A stretch of 64,000 bases of DNA from Bacteroidales bacterium (GTDB lineage: Bacteria; Bacteroidota; Bacteroidia; Bacteroidales; VadinHA17): assembly GCA_046329875.1 (NCBI GenBank), contig JAXLTT010000001.1, positions 205,619 through 269,618 of the forward strand, in the 5' to 3' direction. Shown piece by piece: positions 10,007-18,435 of this stretch. A model generated the notes under the pieces. It saw only the letters and a list, made by a program, of their open reading frames with translations. It was not told the DNA's origin and did not search any database. The position numbers were made by a program, and so were the translations under genes. How positions within the stretch are numbered: the first letter of the stretch is position 1; each line of letters begins with the position of its first letter.

Positions 10007-11257
10007 TTAATCCAGGAGATGAATTACAAGACCGCTCCTGAGTTTAGGCTCGAACCATGTGGTTTTCGGAGGCATTATATTACCTGTATCCGCAATGTTT
10101 ATCAATTGTTTCATTGAAACAGGATAAAGTGCGAATGCTACCTTCATGTCACCACTGTCGACCCTCTTCTTCAGTTCTTCCAGCCCTCGTATTCCTCCAA
10201 CGAAATCAATTCTTTTCGATCTCCTTAAATCCTGTATATCAAGAACTGGTGACAGTATCTTTTCAGAAAGAATTGTTACATCGAGAACTCCAATAGGGTC
10301 ATTATCATTGTATGTTCCTTCCCTGGCTGTAAGGCTGTACCATTTCCCTTCAAGATACATTGAGAAATTATGAAGCCTGTCTGGCCTGTAGACTTCAGTG
10401 CCTTTATCTTCTATAATAAATGATTTTTCAACCCCTGAAAGAAACTCAGATGCACTAAGACCATTCAGATCCCTGACAGTCCTGTTATAATCCATGATTT
10501 CAAGCTGGTTGTCAGGAAAATGTACTGCAAGGAAGAAATTGTATTCCTCTTTACCTTTATGACCCGGGTTATTATCCCTTTTCTCCTTGCCTACAAGAGC
10601 TGCGGCAGCAGTCCTGTGATGACCGTCAGCAACATATGTATAAGGTACTTTTGTCTCAAAGAGTCTTTCGATCTCCTTTACAGTTGCCCTGTCCTTAACA
10701 ACCCAGAAATGATGTCCGAAGCCGTCTTCAGCGGTGAAGTCATAAACCGGCTTTTCATTTTTAACAATCCTGCTTATTATCGCATCAATCTCATTTACAG
10801 CAGGGTAAGCAAAAAACACAGGTTCAATATTTGCATTGTTTATCCTCACATGTACCATCCTGTCCTGTTCCTTGTCGGGACGTGTAAGTTCATGCTTCTT
10901 AATTACACCATTGAGGTAGTCGTCCACCGAAGCGCAGCCTACAATTCCGTACTGTGTTCTCCCTCCCATTGTCTGGGCATATATGTAGAAATTATTCGTA
11001 CGGTCCTGTTTCAGCCATCCTCTCTCCTGCCACTTATGAAAATTTGTTACTGAAGTAAGGTATACATCATCCGAATGAACATCTGTTCCTTCCGGCAGGT
11101 CTATTTCCGAACGTGTTATATGGAGCAGTGAGCATTCTTTTCCTTTTGCCATCTCAGCCGCTTCAGCGGTGCTCATCACATCATAAGGAAGACATGCAAG
11201 ATCTTTCGCGATCTCCCTTGGGGGGCGCAATCCCTTAAAGGGTTTTACAATTGCCAT
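10007..11257 (-). CDS. DUF1015 domain-containing protein
   Basis: 416 aa. The N-terminus MAIVKPFKGLRP and the motif ADGHHR are characteristic of DUF1015, recognised from memory. Confidence 0.8.
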   Translation of the reverse strand: MAIVKPFKGLRPPREIAKDLACLPYDVMSTAEAAEMAKGKECSLLHITRSEIDLPEGTDVHSDDVYLTSVTNFHKWQERGWLKQDRTNNFYIYAQTMGGRTQYGIVGCASVDDYLNGVIKKHELTRPDKEQDRMVHVRINNANIEPVFFAYPAVNEIDAIISRIVKNEKPVYDFTAEDGFGHHFWVVKDRATVKEIERLFETKVPYTYVADGHHRTAAAALVGKEKRDNNPGHKGKEEYNFFLAVHFPDNQLEIMDYNRTVRDLNGLSASEFLSGVEKSFIIEDKGTEVYRPDRLHNFSMYLEGKWYSLTAREGTYNDNDPIGVLDVTILSEKILSPVLDIQDLRRSKRIDFVGGIRGLEELKKRVDSGDMKVAFALYPVSMKQLINIADTGNIMPPKTTWFEPKLRSGLVIHLLD

Positions 11258-11280
11258 GCTAATAGGTTATTATCAATGAA

Positions 11281-12198
11281 TCAGTTAACCCTGAATTTTT
11301 CGTTTCCGTTTTTAAAATAGTCAATTATCTGGTGAGCAGCAGCTACCGCGGCGTTTACATTGGCTTCCTTGGTCTGTGCCCCCATCTTCTTTGCAGTGAA
11401 GAGGTACCTGTCCTTGTATTTTTCTTCAAATACGGCCTTGCAGTCAGGCTCAATATCAGAAAGGTATTTTATGTCCTGGCGTTCAGCAAATATTCTCAGA
11501 AGCCCTTCCTCGTCAATAACCTCTTTACGTGCAGTATTTACAAGCACTGCGCCGGCCGGCATAAGCTTCATAAGATCGTACCCGATAAGTTTTCTTGTTT
11601 TATCGTTCAGAGGGATATGAATCGATATATACTGGCAGGTTGAATATAGTTCTTCCGGGCTCCTGCAGATCCTCACTGTGGCAGCCTTTATTACAGAATC
11701 CGGGATGAAAGGGTCGTATGTATAATCTTTCATTCCGAATCCCCTTGCAATGCCAGCCATAAAACGCCCGACATTTCCGAAGCCATGAAGGCCGAGTGTT
11801 CTACCCCGCAGTTCAAAACCTGTCTTACCTGTGAATCCCAGCCTGGCACTGTAAAGCATCATCAGGAAAGCCAGTTCGGCAACAGCATTTGAATTCTGCC
11901 CCGGGGTGTTCATTGCAACAATGTTTCTCGCTGTACAGGCTTTAAGGTCAATATTATCGTAACCTGCACCTGCCCTGACAACAATCTTAAGCTTCTTTCC
12001 GGCGTTTATGACATCCGCATTTACGATGTCGCTTCTGACTATCAGTGCATCCGCATCAGAAACGGCGCTGATAAGCTGGCTGATGTCCTTGTAACTTTCA
12101 AGAAGGATCATCTCATGTCCTTCAGCCTCCGCAATCCCGCATATCTGTTTTACAGCTGCAGGTGCAAAAGGCTTTTCAGTTGCGAAAAGGATCTTCAT
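11281..12198 (-). CDS. serA: D-3-phosphoglycerate dehydrogenase / D-2-hydroxyacid dehydrogenase
   Basis: NAD-binding motif GLHGFGNVGRF and the 2-hydroxyacid dehydrogenase fold, immediately downstream of serC. The ATG at 12198 (MKILFATEKP) is preferred over the track's TTG at 12222. Confidence 0.82.
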   Translation of the reverse strand: MKILFATEKPFAPAAVKQICGIAEAEGHEMILLESYKDISQLISAVSDADALIVRSDIVNADVINAGKKLKIVVRAGAGYDNIDLKACTARNIVAMNTPGQNSNAVAELAFLMMLYSARLGFTGKTGFELRGRTLGLHGFGNVGRFMAGIARGFGMKDYTYDPFIPDSVIKAATVRICRSPEELYSTCQYISIHIPLNDKTRKLIGYDLMKLMPAGAVLVNTARKEVIDEEGLLRIFAERQDIKYLSDIEPDCKAVFEEKYKDRYLFTAKKMGAQTKEANVNAAVAAAHQIIDYFKNGNEKFRVN

Positions 12199-12205
12199 CG
12201 CTCTA

Positions 12206-13276
12206 TTATTTCTTTGATTCAAATTCTTTCATAACAGCAACAAGTGCTTCAACACTTTCCTTTGGAAGAGCATTATAAGTTGATGCCCTGAATCCACCTA
12301 CCGACCTGTGTCCCTCAATACCGAGCATACCACGTGATTTGGCAAAATCCGAGAACTCCTTCTCCAGCTCCTTGTATTCAGGTGCCATAACAAAACAGAT
12401 GTTCATAAGTGACCTGTCTTCGGGATCAGCAACAGTGGGAACAAAAAGTTTGTTTCTTTCAATTTCATTATAAAGAATCGCAGCCTTTTCGATGTTTTTC
12501 TTTTGCATCACTTTCACGCCGCCAAGTTCTTTAAGCCATTTAAGTGTCTGGTATGCAGCGAATATTGTGAATACCGGGGGTGTGTTGAACATCGATTCGC
12601 CTTTGATGTGGGTACGGTAATCGAGCATTGTCGGTATTGGTCTCTCAACCTTACCAAGAATGTCTTCCTTAACAATTATAAGTGTCACACCCGCAGGGGC
12701 CAGGTTTTTCTGTGCGCCGGCATATATAAAAGCATATTTTGAAATATCCACAGGGCGGCTGAAAATATCTGAAGACATGTCAGCTACAAGTGGTATGTTA
12801 ACTGAAAGATCGTGCTTCAGCTCTGTGCCATATATTGTATTATTTGTTGTAATATGGAAGTAATCGGCATCAGCGGGAACAGTATAGTTTTTTGGAATAT
12901 AGCTATAGAGCTTGTCTTTTGATGAAGCTACTTCAACGGCGTCGCCATAAAGTTTTGCCTCCTTATGAGCTTTCATTGCCCATTCCCCTGTAACAAGATA
13001 TGCTGATTTTGATTTCATGAGGTTCATCGGCACCATGCCGAACTGAAGGCTTGCTCCGCCTCCGAGGAAAATGACCTGGTAACCGGCAGGTATCTCAAGA
13101 AGTTCCTTAATAAGGCCAATAGTGTCATTCATGCAGGCAACAAACTCCTTGCTCCTGTGCGAGATCTCGAGGATCGAAAGACCGGTGCCGGCAAAGTCCC
13201 TTATTCCCTCAATGCTTTTATCGATAGTGTACTGTGGAAGGATCGAAGGACCGGCGTAGAAATTATGTTTTTTCAT
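12206..13276 (-). CDS. serC: Phosphoserine aminotransferase
   Basis: 356 aa with the N-terminus [14 protein letters not shown] and SerC class-V aminotransferase features. Confidence 0.93.
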   Translation of the reverse strand: MKKHNFYAGPSILPQYTIDKSIEGIRDFAGTGLSILEISHRSKEFVACMNDTIGLIKELLEIPAGYQVIFLGGGASLQFGMVPMNLMKSKSAYLVTGEWAMKAHKEAKLYGDAVEVASSKDKLYSYIPKNYTVPADADYFHITTNNTIYGTELKHDLSVNIPLVADMSSDIFSRPVDISKYAFIYAGAQKNLAPAGVTLIIVKEDILGKVERPIPTMLDYRTHIKGESMFNTPPVFTIFAAYQTLKWLKELGGVKVMQKKNIEKAAILYNEIERNKLFVPTVADPEDRSLMNICFVMAPEYKELEKEFSDFAKSRGMLGIEGHRSVGGFRASTYNALPKESVEALVAVMKEFESKK

Positions 13277-13354
13277 ATGGTTGATTTTTATGAGTTTAGT
13301 TCAAAATTATTTCAAAATTAAGCAATTAAAACCTTAATAGCCAGAACAGGAGCT

Positions 13355-14086
13355 TCATAAATCGGCTGGTCTTGCTCCCTTAAGCTGGCCGTTTATAAGA
13401 ACGGGTATAATGTCAGTTACATCGCTTGTCATACAGAACTCGATACAATCATCAAGTCCCTTATCACGCAGCCTTGATCTTTGTGCAGCCTTCTGGATAT
13501 ACCCGCAAGGATCACTTTTTGCAAGACTCCAGAGGTCGAGTGATGCATGCACTGAATCACATATTGTGGTAAACATGCCTGACTGCATAAGTTTTGAGGC
13601 GAAAGCACCTGCACACAATGAATCCTCAAGGTTGAATTTGTTCTTCCACCCGGCACAGAACAGCATAACATCATGACCCTGGCCGGCGAGCCAGCCCGAC
13701 AGGGAGGTGATGTTCAGAAATGTACCTATCACTATCTTATGGCAAGAAGAAGCCAGGTTTATTATGCGCGTGCCGTTTGTAGTGGAATAAACGATTGTTT
13801 TCCCCTCAACCTTTTCCCTTGTGAAGTTGAATGGAGAGTTTCCGAAATCGGCGAAGTCAAGTACAAACCCGTCCCGTTCAGCGGCAACCAGGTAGCCCTT
13901 TTTCTTCATTTCGCGAGCTTCTTCAACTTCAGCAACAGGTATTATTGTTTCAGCGCCATTTGCAAAAGCATTGCAGATCGCAGAGCTTGCCCTGAGAACA
14001 TCAATAACTACAACAATTGCATCCCTGTTTTCATGCTGCCCGAATAGAGCCGGTGAAAAACAGACTTCAAGTTTCCTCTCTGACAT
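13355..14086 (-). CDS. 2-phosphosulfolactate phosphatase (ComB) family protein
   Basis: 243 aa with VVIDVLRASS near the N-terminus and ComB-like length. Confidence 0.8.
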   Translation of the reverse strand: MSERKLEVCFSPALFGQHENRDAIVVVIDVLRASSAICNAFANGAETIIPVAEVEEAREMKKKGYLVAAERDGFVLDFADFGNSPFNFTREKVEGKTIVYSTTNGTRIINLASSCHKIVIGTFLNITSLSGWLAGQGHDVMLFCAGWKNKFNLEDSLCAGAFASKLMQSGMFTTICDSVHASLDLWSLAKSDPCGYIQKAAQRSRLRDKGLDDCIEFCMTSDVTDIIPVLINGQLKGARPADL

Positions 14087-14109
14087 CCTTTGTGCTGAAG
14101 ATTTATTTA

Positions 14110-15216
14110 TCAGTTCTCCCTGTAAATAGGAAAGTCGACAACCTTTGCTTTAAGGTCTTTATTCCTTATCCTGATATATATTTCAGAACCGGTTTCCCAG
14201 AAGCCAGGCTTAAGATAGGCCATGCCTATTCCTGCCTTCATCATTGGCGACATTGTACCTGATGTGACTTCCCCGATAACTGAACCTTTGTCATCAACAA
14301 CTTCATAATGCTGCCTGGGTATTCCCCTGTCAATCATCACAAAGCCCCTTAGTTTTCTTGATACCCCTTCTTTCTTCTGGGCAGCAAGTAATGGCTTATC
14401 AATAAAATCTTTCTTATCACTGAATTTGGTTATCCACCCAAGACCAGCCTCGATAGGTGAAGTTGTATCATTTATATCATTTCCATAAAGACAATAGCCC
14501 ATCTCGAGCCTGAGCGTATCCCTTGCACCGAGTCCTATCGGCCTTATTCCGTATTCTTTCCCGGCTTCAAAAACAGCTTTCCAGAGTTTGGGTCCATCCT
14601 CGTTTTTTACATATATCTCACAACCTCCTGATCCTGTATAGCCGGTTGTGGAAAAGATCACATCTTTTATACCGGCAAAATCGATAACCTTAAATGTATA
14701 GTAATCCATGTTTGTGACAAGTTCACCGGTAAGTTTCTGCATAGCTTTCAATGCAAGTGGCCCCTGTATGGCGAGCTGTGCTGTCTGGTCTGAAATATTC
14801 ACGAGATCCTTCCCTGTAACAAGGTTGAACCTTGAAGCATTTGAAACACACCAGTTCCAGTCTTTTTCAATATTTGCAGCGTTAACAACAAGCAGGTATT
14901 TCTCCTGGTTGTACCTGTAAACAAGGAGATCATCAACAATCCCTCCCTTGCCGTTAGGAAAGCATGAATACTGAACTTTCCCGTCGAAAAGGGCAGCAAC
15001 ATCATTTGAAGTCACATACTGGATAAAACTGAAAGCATTGGGCCCGGTAACCATGAATTCACCCATATGGGAAACATCAAACACACCAAGTTTTTCCCTT
15101 ACTGTGACATGTTCTTCATTAATACCACTATATTCAACCGGCATGTTGTAGCCGGCAAACGGGACCATTTTGGCACCCATTTCAATATGGAACTGTGTGA
15201 ATGCTGTATTTTTCAT
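14110..15216 (-). CDS. gcvT: Glycine cleavage system aminomethyltransferase T
   Basis: 368 aa with a GcvT-like sequence throughout ([25 protein letters not shown]). Confidence 0.94.
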   Translation of the reverse strand: MKNTAFTQFHIEMGAKMVPFAGYNMPVEYSGINEEHVTVREKLGVFDVSHMGEFMVTGPNAFSFIQYVTSNDVAALFDGKVQYSCFPNGKGGIVDDLLVYRYNQEKYLLVVNAANIEKDWNWCVSNASRFNLVTGKDLVNISDQTAQLAIQGPLALKAMQKLTGELVTNMDYYTFKVIDFAGIKDVIFSTTGYTGSGGCEIYVKNEDGPKLWKAVFEAGKEYGIRPIGLGARDTLRLEMGYCLYGNDINDTTSPIEAGLGWITKFSDKKDFIDKPLLAAQKKEGVSRKLRGFVMIDRGIPRQHYEVVDDKGSVIGEVTSGTMSPMMKAGIGMAYLKPGFWETGSEIYIRIRNKDLKAKVVDFPIYREN

Positions 15217-15315
15217 CGGTACTGTTTTTTTTGAGTGGCTAAATGTAAATATTTTGCAAGATAAAAATCTTGCTAATTGTCATATTTACCTGCAAATCGG
15301 GTATGATATGCCAGG

Positions 15316-16821
15316 TCAGTTCCTGATTACGGAAGAGGTGTCGCTAACGACAAGCGTATCTTTCTTATAGACAATGTCTTTTAGCAACAATGTATCCTGC
15401 CTGAAAAAATCCTGTTTCACTTTTGAGCTGTCTTTGGGAAAAGGCAATTTAGCATTAGTGGAATCCGGTACAGCCGGTGACTGTTTTTTAACCTGTTGCA
15501 GCATTTTACCCTCGTATATATCAAGGCCACCAAACCCTCCGCTCCTTGCTGATGAGAAATAAAACACTCCTTTCTTCACAGGAGATTCAGTATAGAAAAG
15601 CTCATCCCACGCAGTATTTATCGGATAACCTGCATTTACAGCCTTGCTCCATTTACCCTTTCCCTTCCTGACGGAATAAAAAATATCCAGGCCACCCATT
15701 GAATTATGTCCCCTTGAGCTGAACCAAATGGTATCACCTCCCCTCGAGTAGGAGACTGATTCCTCATCGAGCTCAGAGTTAATTGAATCCCCTGCGTTAT
15801 AGGGCTTCATCCATTTATTTCCATTTCTTTCCATGAAATAAATATCTTTTCCTCCAGTTTTACCCCGGTCACTCACATAAGCCAGTTCATTCTCGGCAGG
15901 ACAGATTGCAATTGCTGACTCGGTAGCTTCAGTGTTAAGGGGAAACGGTACCGGTTGCGGTGTTTTCCACTCCCCTTTCTTAAATTCTGAATAAAGTATA
16001 TCCCCATTTCCTTCATAACCGGCATATATATACATTACATTGCCGGTCCTGTCAATCATAAGGGGTGTTTCACAGAATTCAGTAGTAAGGTTTTTTGATA
16101 CCTGGATTGCATTGCTCCATTTTCCGTCGATCAATACTGAAATGAAGATATTCTCATTGTATTTTGAATCCCTGTATGGACTTTCCTCGCCTGGTATAAC
16201 GGAACGTCTTGAAGCGAAATACATTCTTGTCCCGTCGGGTGAAAATGCTGCTGAATAATCGTCGGCTGAGGAATTGATGCTACCTCCTGCGTTCCTTATC
16301 TCAACATTAACTGTATCACGTGTGAGCAACCTTCCCGCGGAACATTGTTTCAGAAGGAGTTTTGCGTATACTATATCAGAGTCTTTCTTTTTTGTCGCAA
16401 GGTTAAGCCAGCTGTTGATCTTTTCTTCAGCTTCAGTATACTTTCTCTTATAAATTAAGGCCTTCCCGGTAAGAAGAAGTATGTCTCCTGCAACATCCTG
16501 CTTCAAACTGAGTGCTGTTATAAAGAAATCAGCCGCTTCTGATGCCCTGTCTGAAAAGAGGGCAGCTACACCCATTTTATAGTTCAATTCTGCATTAAGC
16601 CTGTTGAATGTCCAGGCATACCGGTACTCATCAAGGGCTTTTGAATAGAGCAGACCACCTTTGTCAAAATATGTGTCGCCATCCTTAATATGTTGCCAGG
16701 CAACGTCGAACCCTGGCATACCTGTTTTAAAGTCTTTCCGGCTGATCTCAACCTTTTCCTGACCATGCAGCCAGCTATTCTGCATAAGAATAACTATAAG
16801 CAAAATGTATAGTTTTCTCAT
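15316..16821 (-). CDS. Secreted TPR plus PD40/WD40-like beta-propeller repeat protein
   Basis: 501 aa with a signal peptide, N-terminal TPR-like helices, then TolB-like repeats (YFASRR, IWFSSRG, FYFSSARSGGFGGLDIY). No OmpA domain is visible. Confidence 0.8.
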   Translation of the reverse strand: MRKLYILLIVILMQNSWLHGQEKVEISRKDFKTGMPGFDVAWQHIKDGDTYFDKGGLLYSKALDEYRYAWTFNRLNAELNYKMGVAALFSDRASEAADFFITALSLKQDVAGDILLLTGKALIYKRKYTEAEEKINSWLNLATKKKDSDIVYAKLLLKQCSAGRLLTRDTVNVEIRNAGGSINSSADDYSAAFSPDGTRMYFASRRSVIPGEESPYRDSKYNENIFISVLIDGKWSNAIQVSKNLTTEFCETPLMIDRTGNVMYIYAGYEGNGDILYSEFKKGEWKTPQPVPFPLNTEATESAIAICPAENELAYVSDRGKTGGKDIYFMERNGNKWMKPYNAGDSINSELDEESVSYSRGGDTIWFSSRGHNSMGGLDIFYSVRKGKGKWSKAVNAGYPINTAWDELFYTESPVKKGVFYFSSARSGGFGGLDIYEGKMLQQVKKQSPAVPDSTNAKLPFPKDSSKVKQDFFRQDTLLLKDIVYKKDTLVVSDTSSVIRN

Positions 16822-16942
16822 TTTTTATAGGATTGAAATATAAAGTTAACAATAATTTGGTTCAGGTAAATGCAATCTCAAATCTACCTTTACACTATAA
16901 ACCAAAATCATGAAAAAATGTTATTTTTGTTTCGGGGAATAA

Positions 16943-17317
16943 TTGAAATTAATAATACCAGGCCAGGTGGACTTTAAATTTATAAATCCCACGTATATCG
17001 AATCTGTTTCAGGTGGCGACAGGGAAATCATAAGGGAACTGGTTGATCTTTTTGCTCAACAGGTTGTGGAATTTACTTCAGAAATGAAAGACCTTCACTC
17101 CCGCAAAGATTATTACTCACTGGGTTTGCTGGCGCATAAAGCCAAATCATCTGTTGCCATTATCGGGATGGAGGACTTGGCAAAAATGCTCAAGGTTTTT
17201 GAACTTGATGCCAAGGAATCTAAAAATACCGGGACTTACGAAGGTATGATAAACCGATTCGAGGCAGAGACAAAAACTGCTGTTGAAGAGCTTTACGGAT
17301 ACGTAAATAACCTTTGA
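16943..17317 (+). CDS. Hpt (histidine phosphotransfer) domain protein
   Basis: 124 aa with the Hpt-like motif LLAHKAKSSVAIIGM. The start codon is uncertain, since the track uses a TTG at 16943. Confidence 0.65.
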   Translation: MKLIIPGQVDFKFINPTYIESVSGGDREIIRELVDLFAQQVVEFTSEMKDLHSRKDYYSLGLLAHKAKSSVAIIGMEDLAKMLKVFELDAKESKNTGTYEGMINRFEAETKTAVEELYGYVNNL

Positions 17318-17328
17318 TATCTTGCAGT

Positions 17329-17664
17329 ATGGTGAATATTGAAAAAGTTGGTAATGTGGAGGTTGTTTCATTCACCGTTAACCGGATCAATGCCCTGATT
17401 ACTGACGAAATAAAAGGACAGATATTCAAGCTATTCGAAAAGCCTAATTCAAGGGTGCTTATTGATCTGAAAGGAGTAGAATATATAGACAGTACCGGAT
17501 TCAGCTGCCTCCTGTCGTGCCACAGGGAATCAAAAAATAATTACGGCACCATTAAATTTGCAAGTCCTGAGCCTGCTGTAAGAAATCTTTTTGAAGTGCT
17601 GCGTCTGAATACTGTGTTTGAAATTAGTACAAACACCGATGAAGGTATCAGATCATTCAGGTAA
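17329..17664 (+). CDS. STAS-domain anti-sigma-factor antagonist
   Basis: SpoIIAA-like with VEYIDSTGFSCLL. The ATG at 17329 lies 11 nt after the Hpt stop codon, while the track ORF starts at a TTG at 17314. Confidence 0.82.
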   Translation: MVNIEKVGNVEVVSFTVNRINALITDEIKGQIFKLFEKPNSRVLIDLKGVEYIDSTGFSCLLSCHRESKNNYGTIKFASPEPAVRNLFEVLRLNTVFEISTNTDEGIRSFR

Positions 17665-18263
17665 TGAGCAAAGTAATCTGGAAACCGGGAACTATGATCT
17701 ATCCGCTTCCGGCTGTTATGGTAAGCTGCGGGGGTAAGGAAGAAGAATACAACATTATAACAATATCCTGGACCGGCACGATCTGCACCGATCCGCCAAT
17801 GTGTTACATTTCTGTCAGACCTTCAAGGCATTCATACGATATAATAAAGAGGAACGGAGCATTTGTAATAAACCTGACAACCAAAGAGCTGGCTTATGCC
17901 ACTGACTGGTGCGGGGTAAAAACAGGTGCCAGCCATAACAAGTTCAGGGAAATGAACCTGACCCCTGTACCGGCTACAAAAGTTAACGCCCCCATGATTG
18001 CCGAATCACCTGTAAATATTGAATGTATCGTTAAGGATATAATTGAGCTTGGATCTCATCATATGTTTATATCTGAGGTTGTGGCTGTAAATGCGGAGAG
18101 CGAGTTATTCGACAGTGAGACAGGTCAGTTCAGGTTAATAGACTCGGATCCATTGTGCTATATTCATGGCAAATACTACCTTACCGGTAAGATGACAGGC
18201 AAATTCGGCTATTCCGTTCAAAAGAAAAAAAAGAAAAAGAAGCACCACGACAAAAGCCTTTGA
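17664..18263 (+). CDS. Flavin reductase family protein
   Basis: 199 aa with a flavin-reductase-like N-terminus (MIYPLPAVMVSCG). Its start overlaps the STAS stop (TAATG). It carries a Lys-rich C-terminal tail. Confidence 0.82.
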   Translation: MSKVIWKPGTMIYPLPAVMVSCGGKEEEYNIITISWTGTICTDPPMCYISVRPSRHSYDIIKRNGAFVINLTTKELAYATDWCGVKTGASHNKFREMNLTPVPATKVNAPMIAESPVNIECIVKDIIELGSHHMFISEVVAVNAESELFDSETGQFRLIDSDPLCYIHGKYYLTGKMTGKFGYSVQKKKKKKKHHDKSL

Positions 18264-18435
18264 TCATTATTTAGTTCCTGTCCGTTCCACTTATGATAAC
18301 CTGCTGATAATTGTATATCCACATCATTAGGTTTTTTAGAGTCAAATTATTAATTTCAGCCGGATATTAACTTGGTTATGTGCACCGGGGGTCGGATGTC
18401 ACTGCCTGTTAATTCACCTGCTAAACATTGTATAA

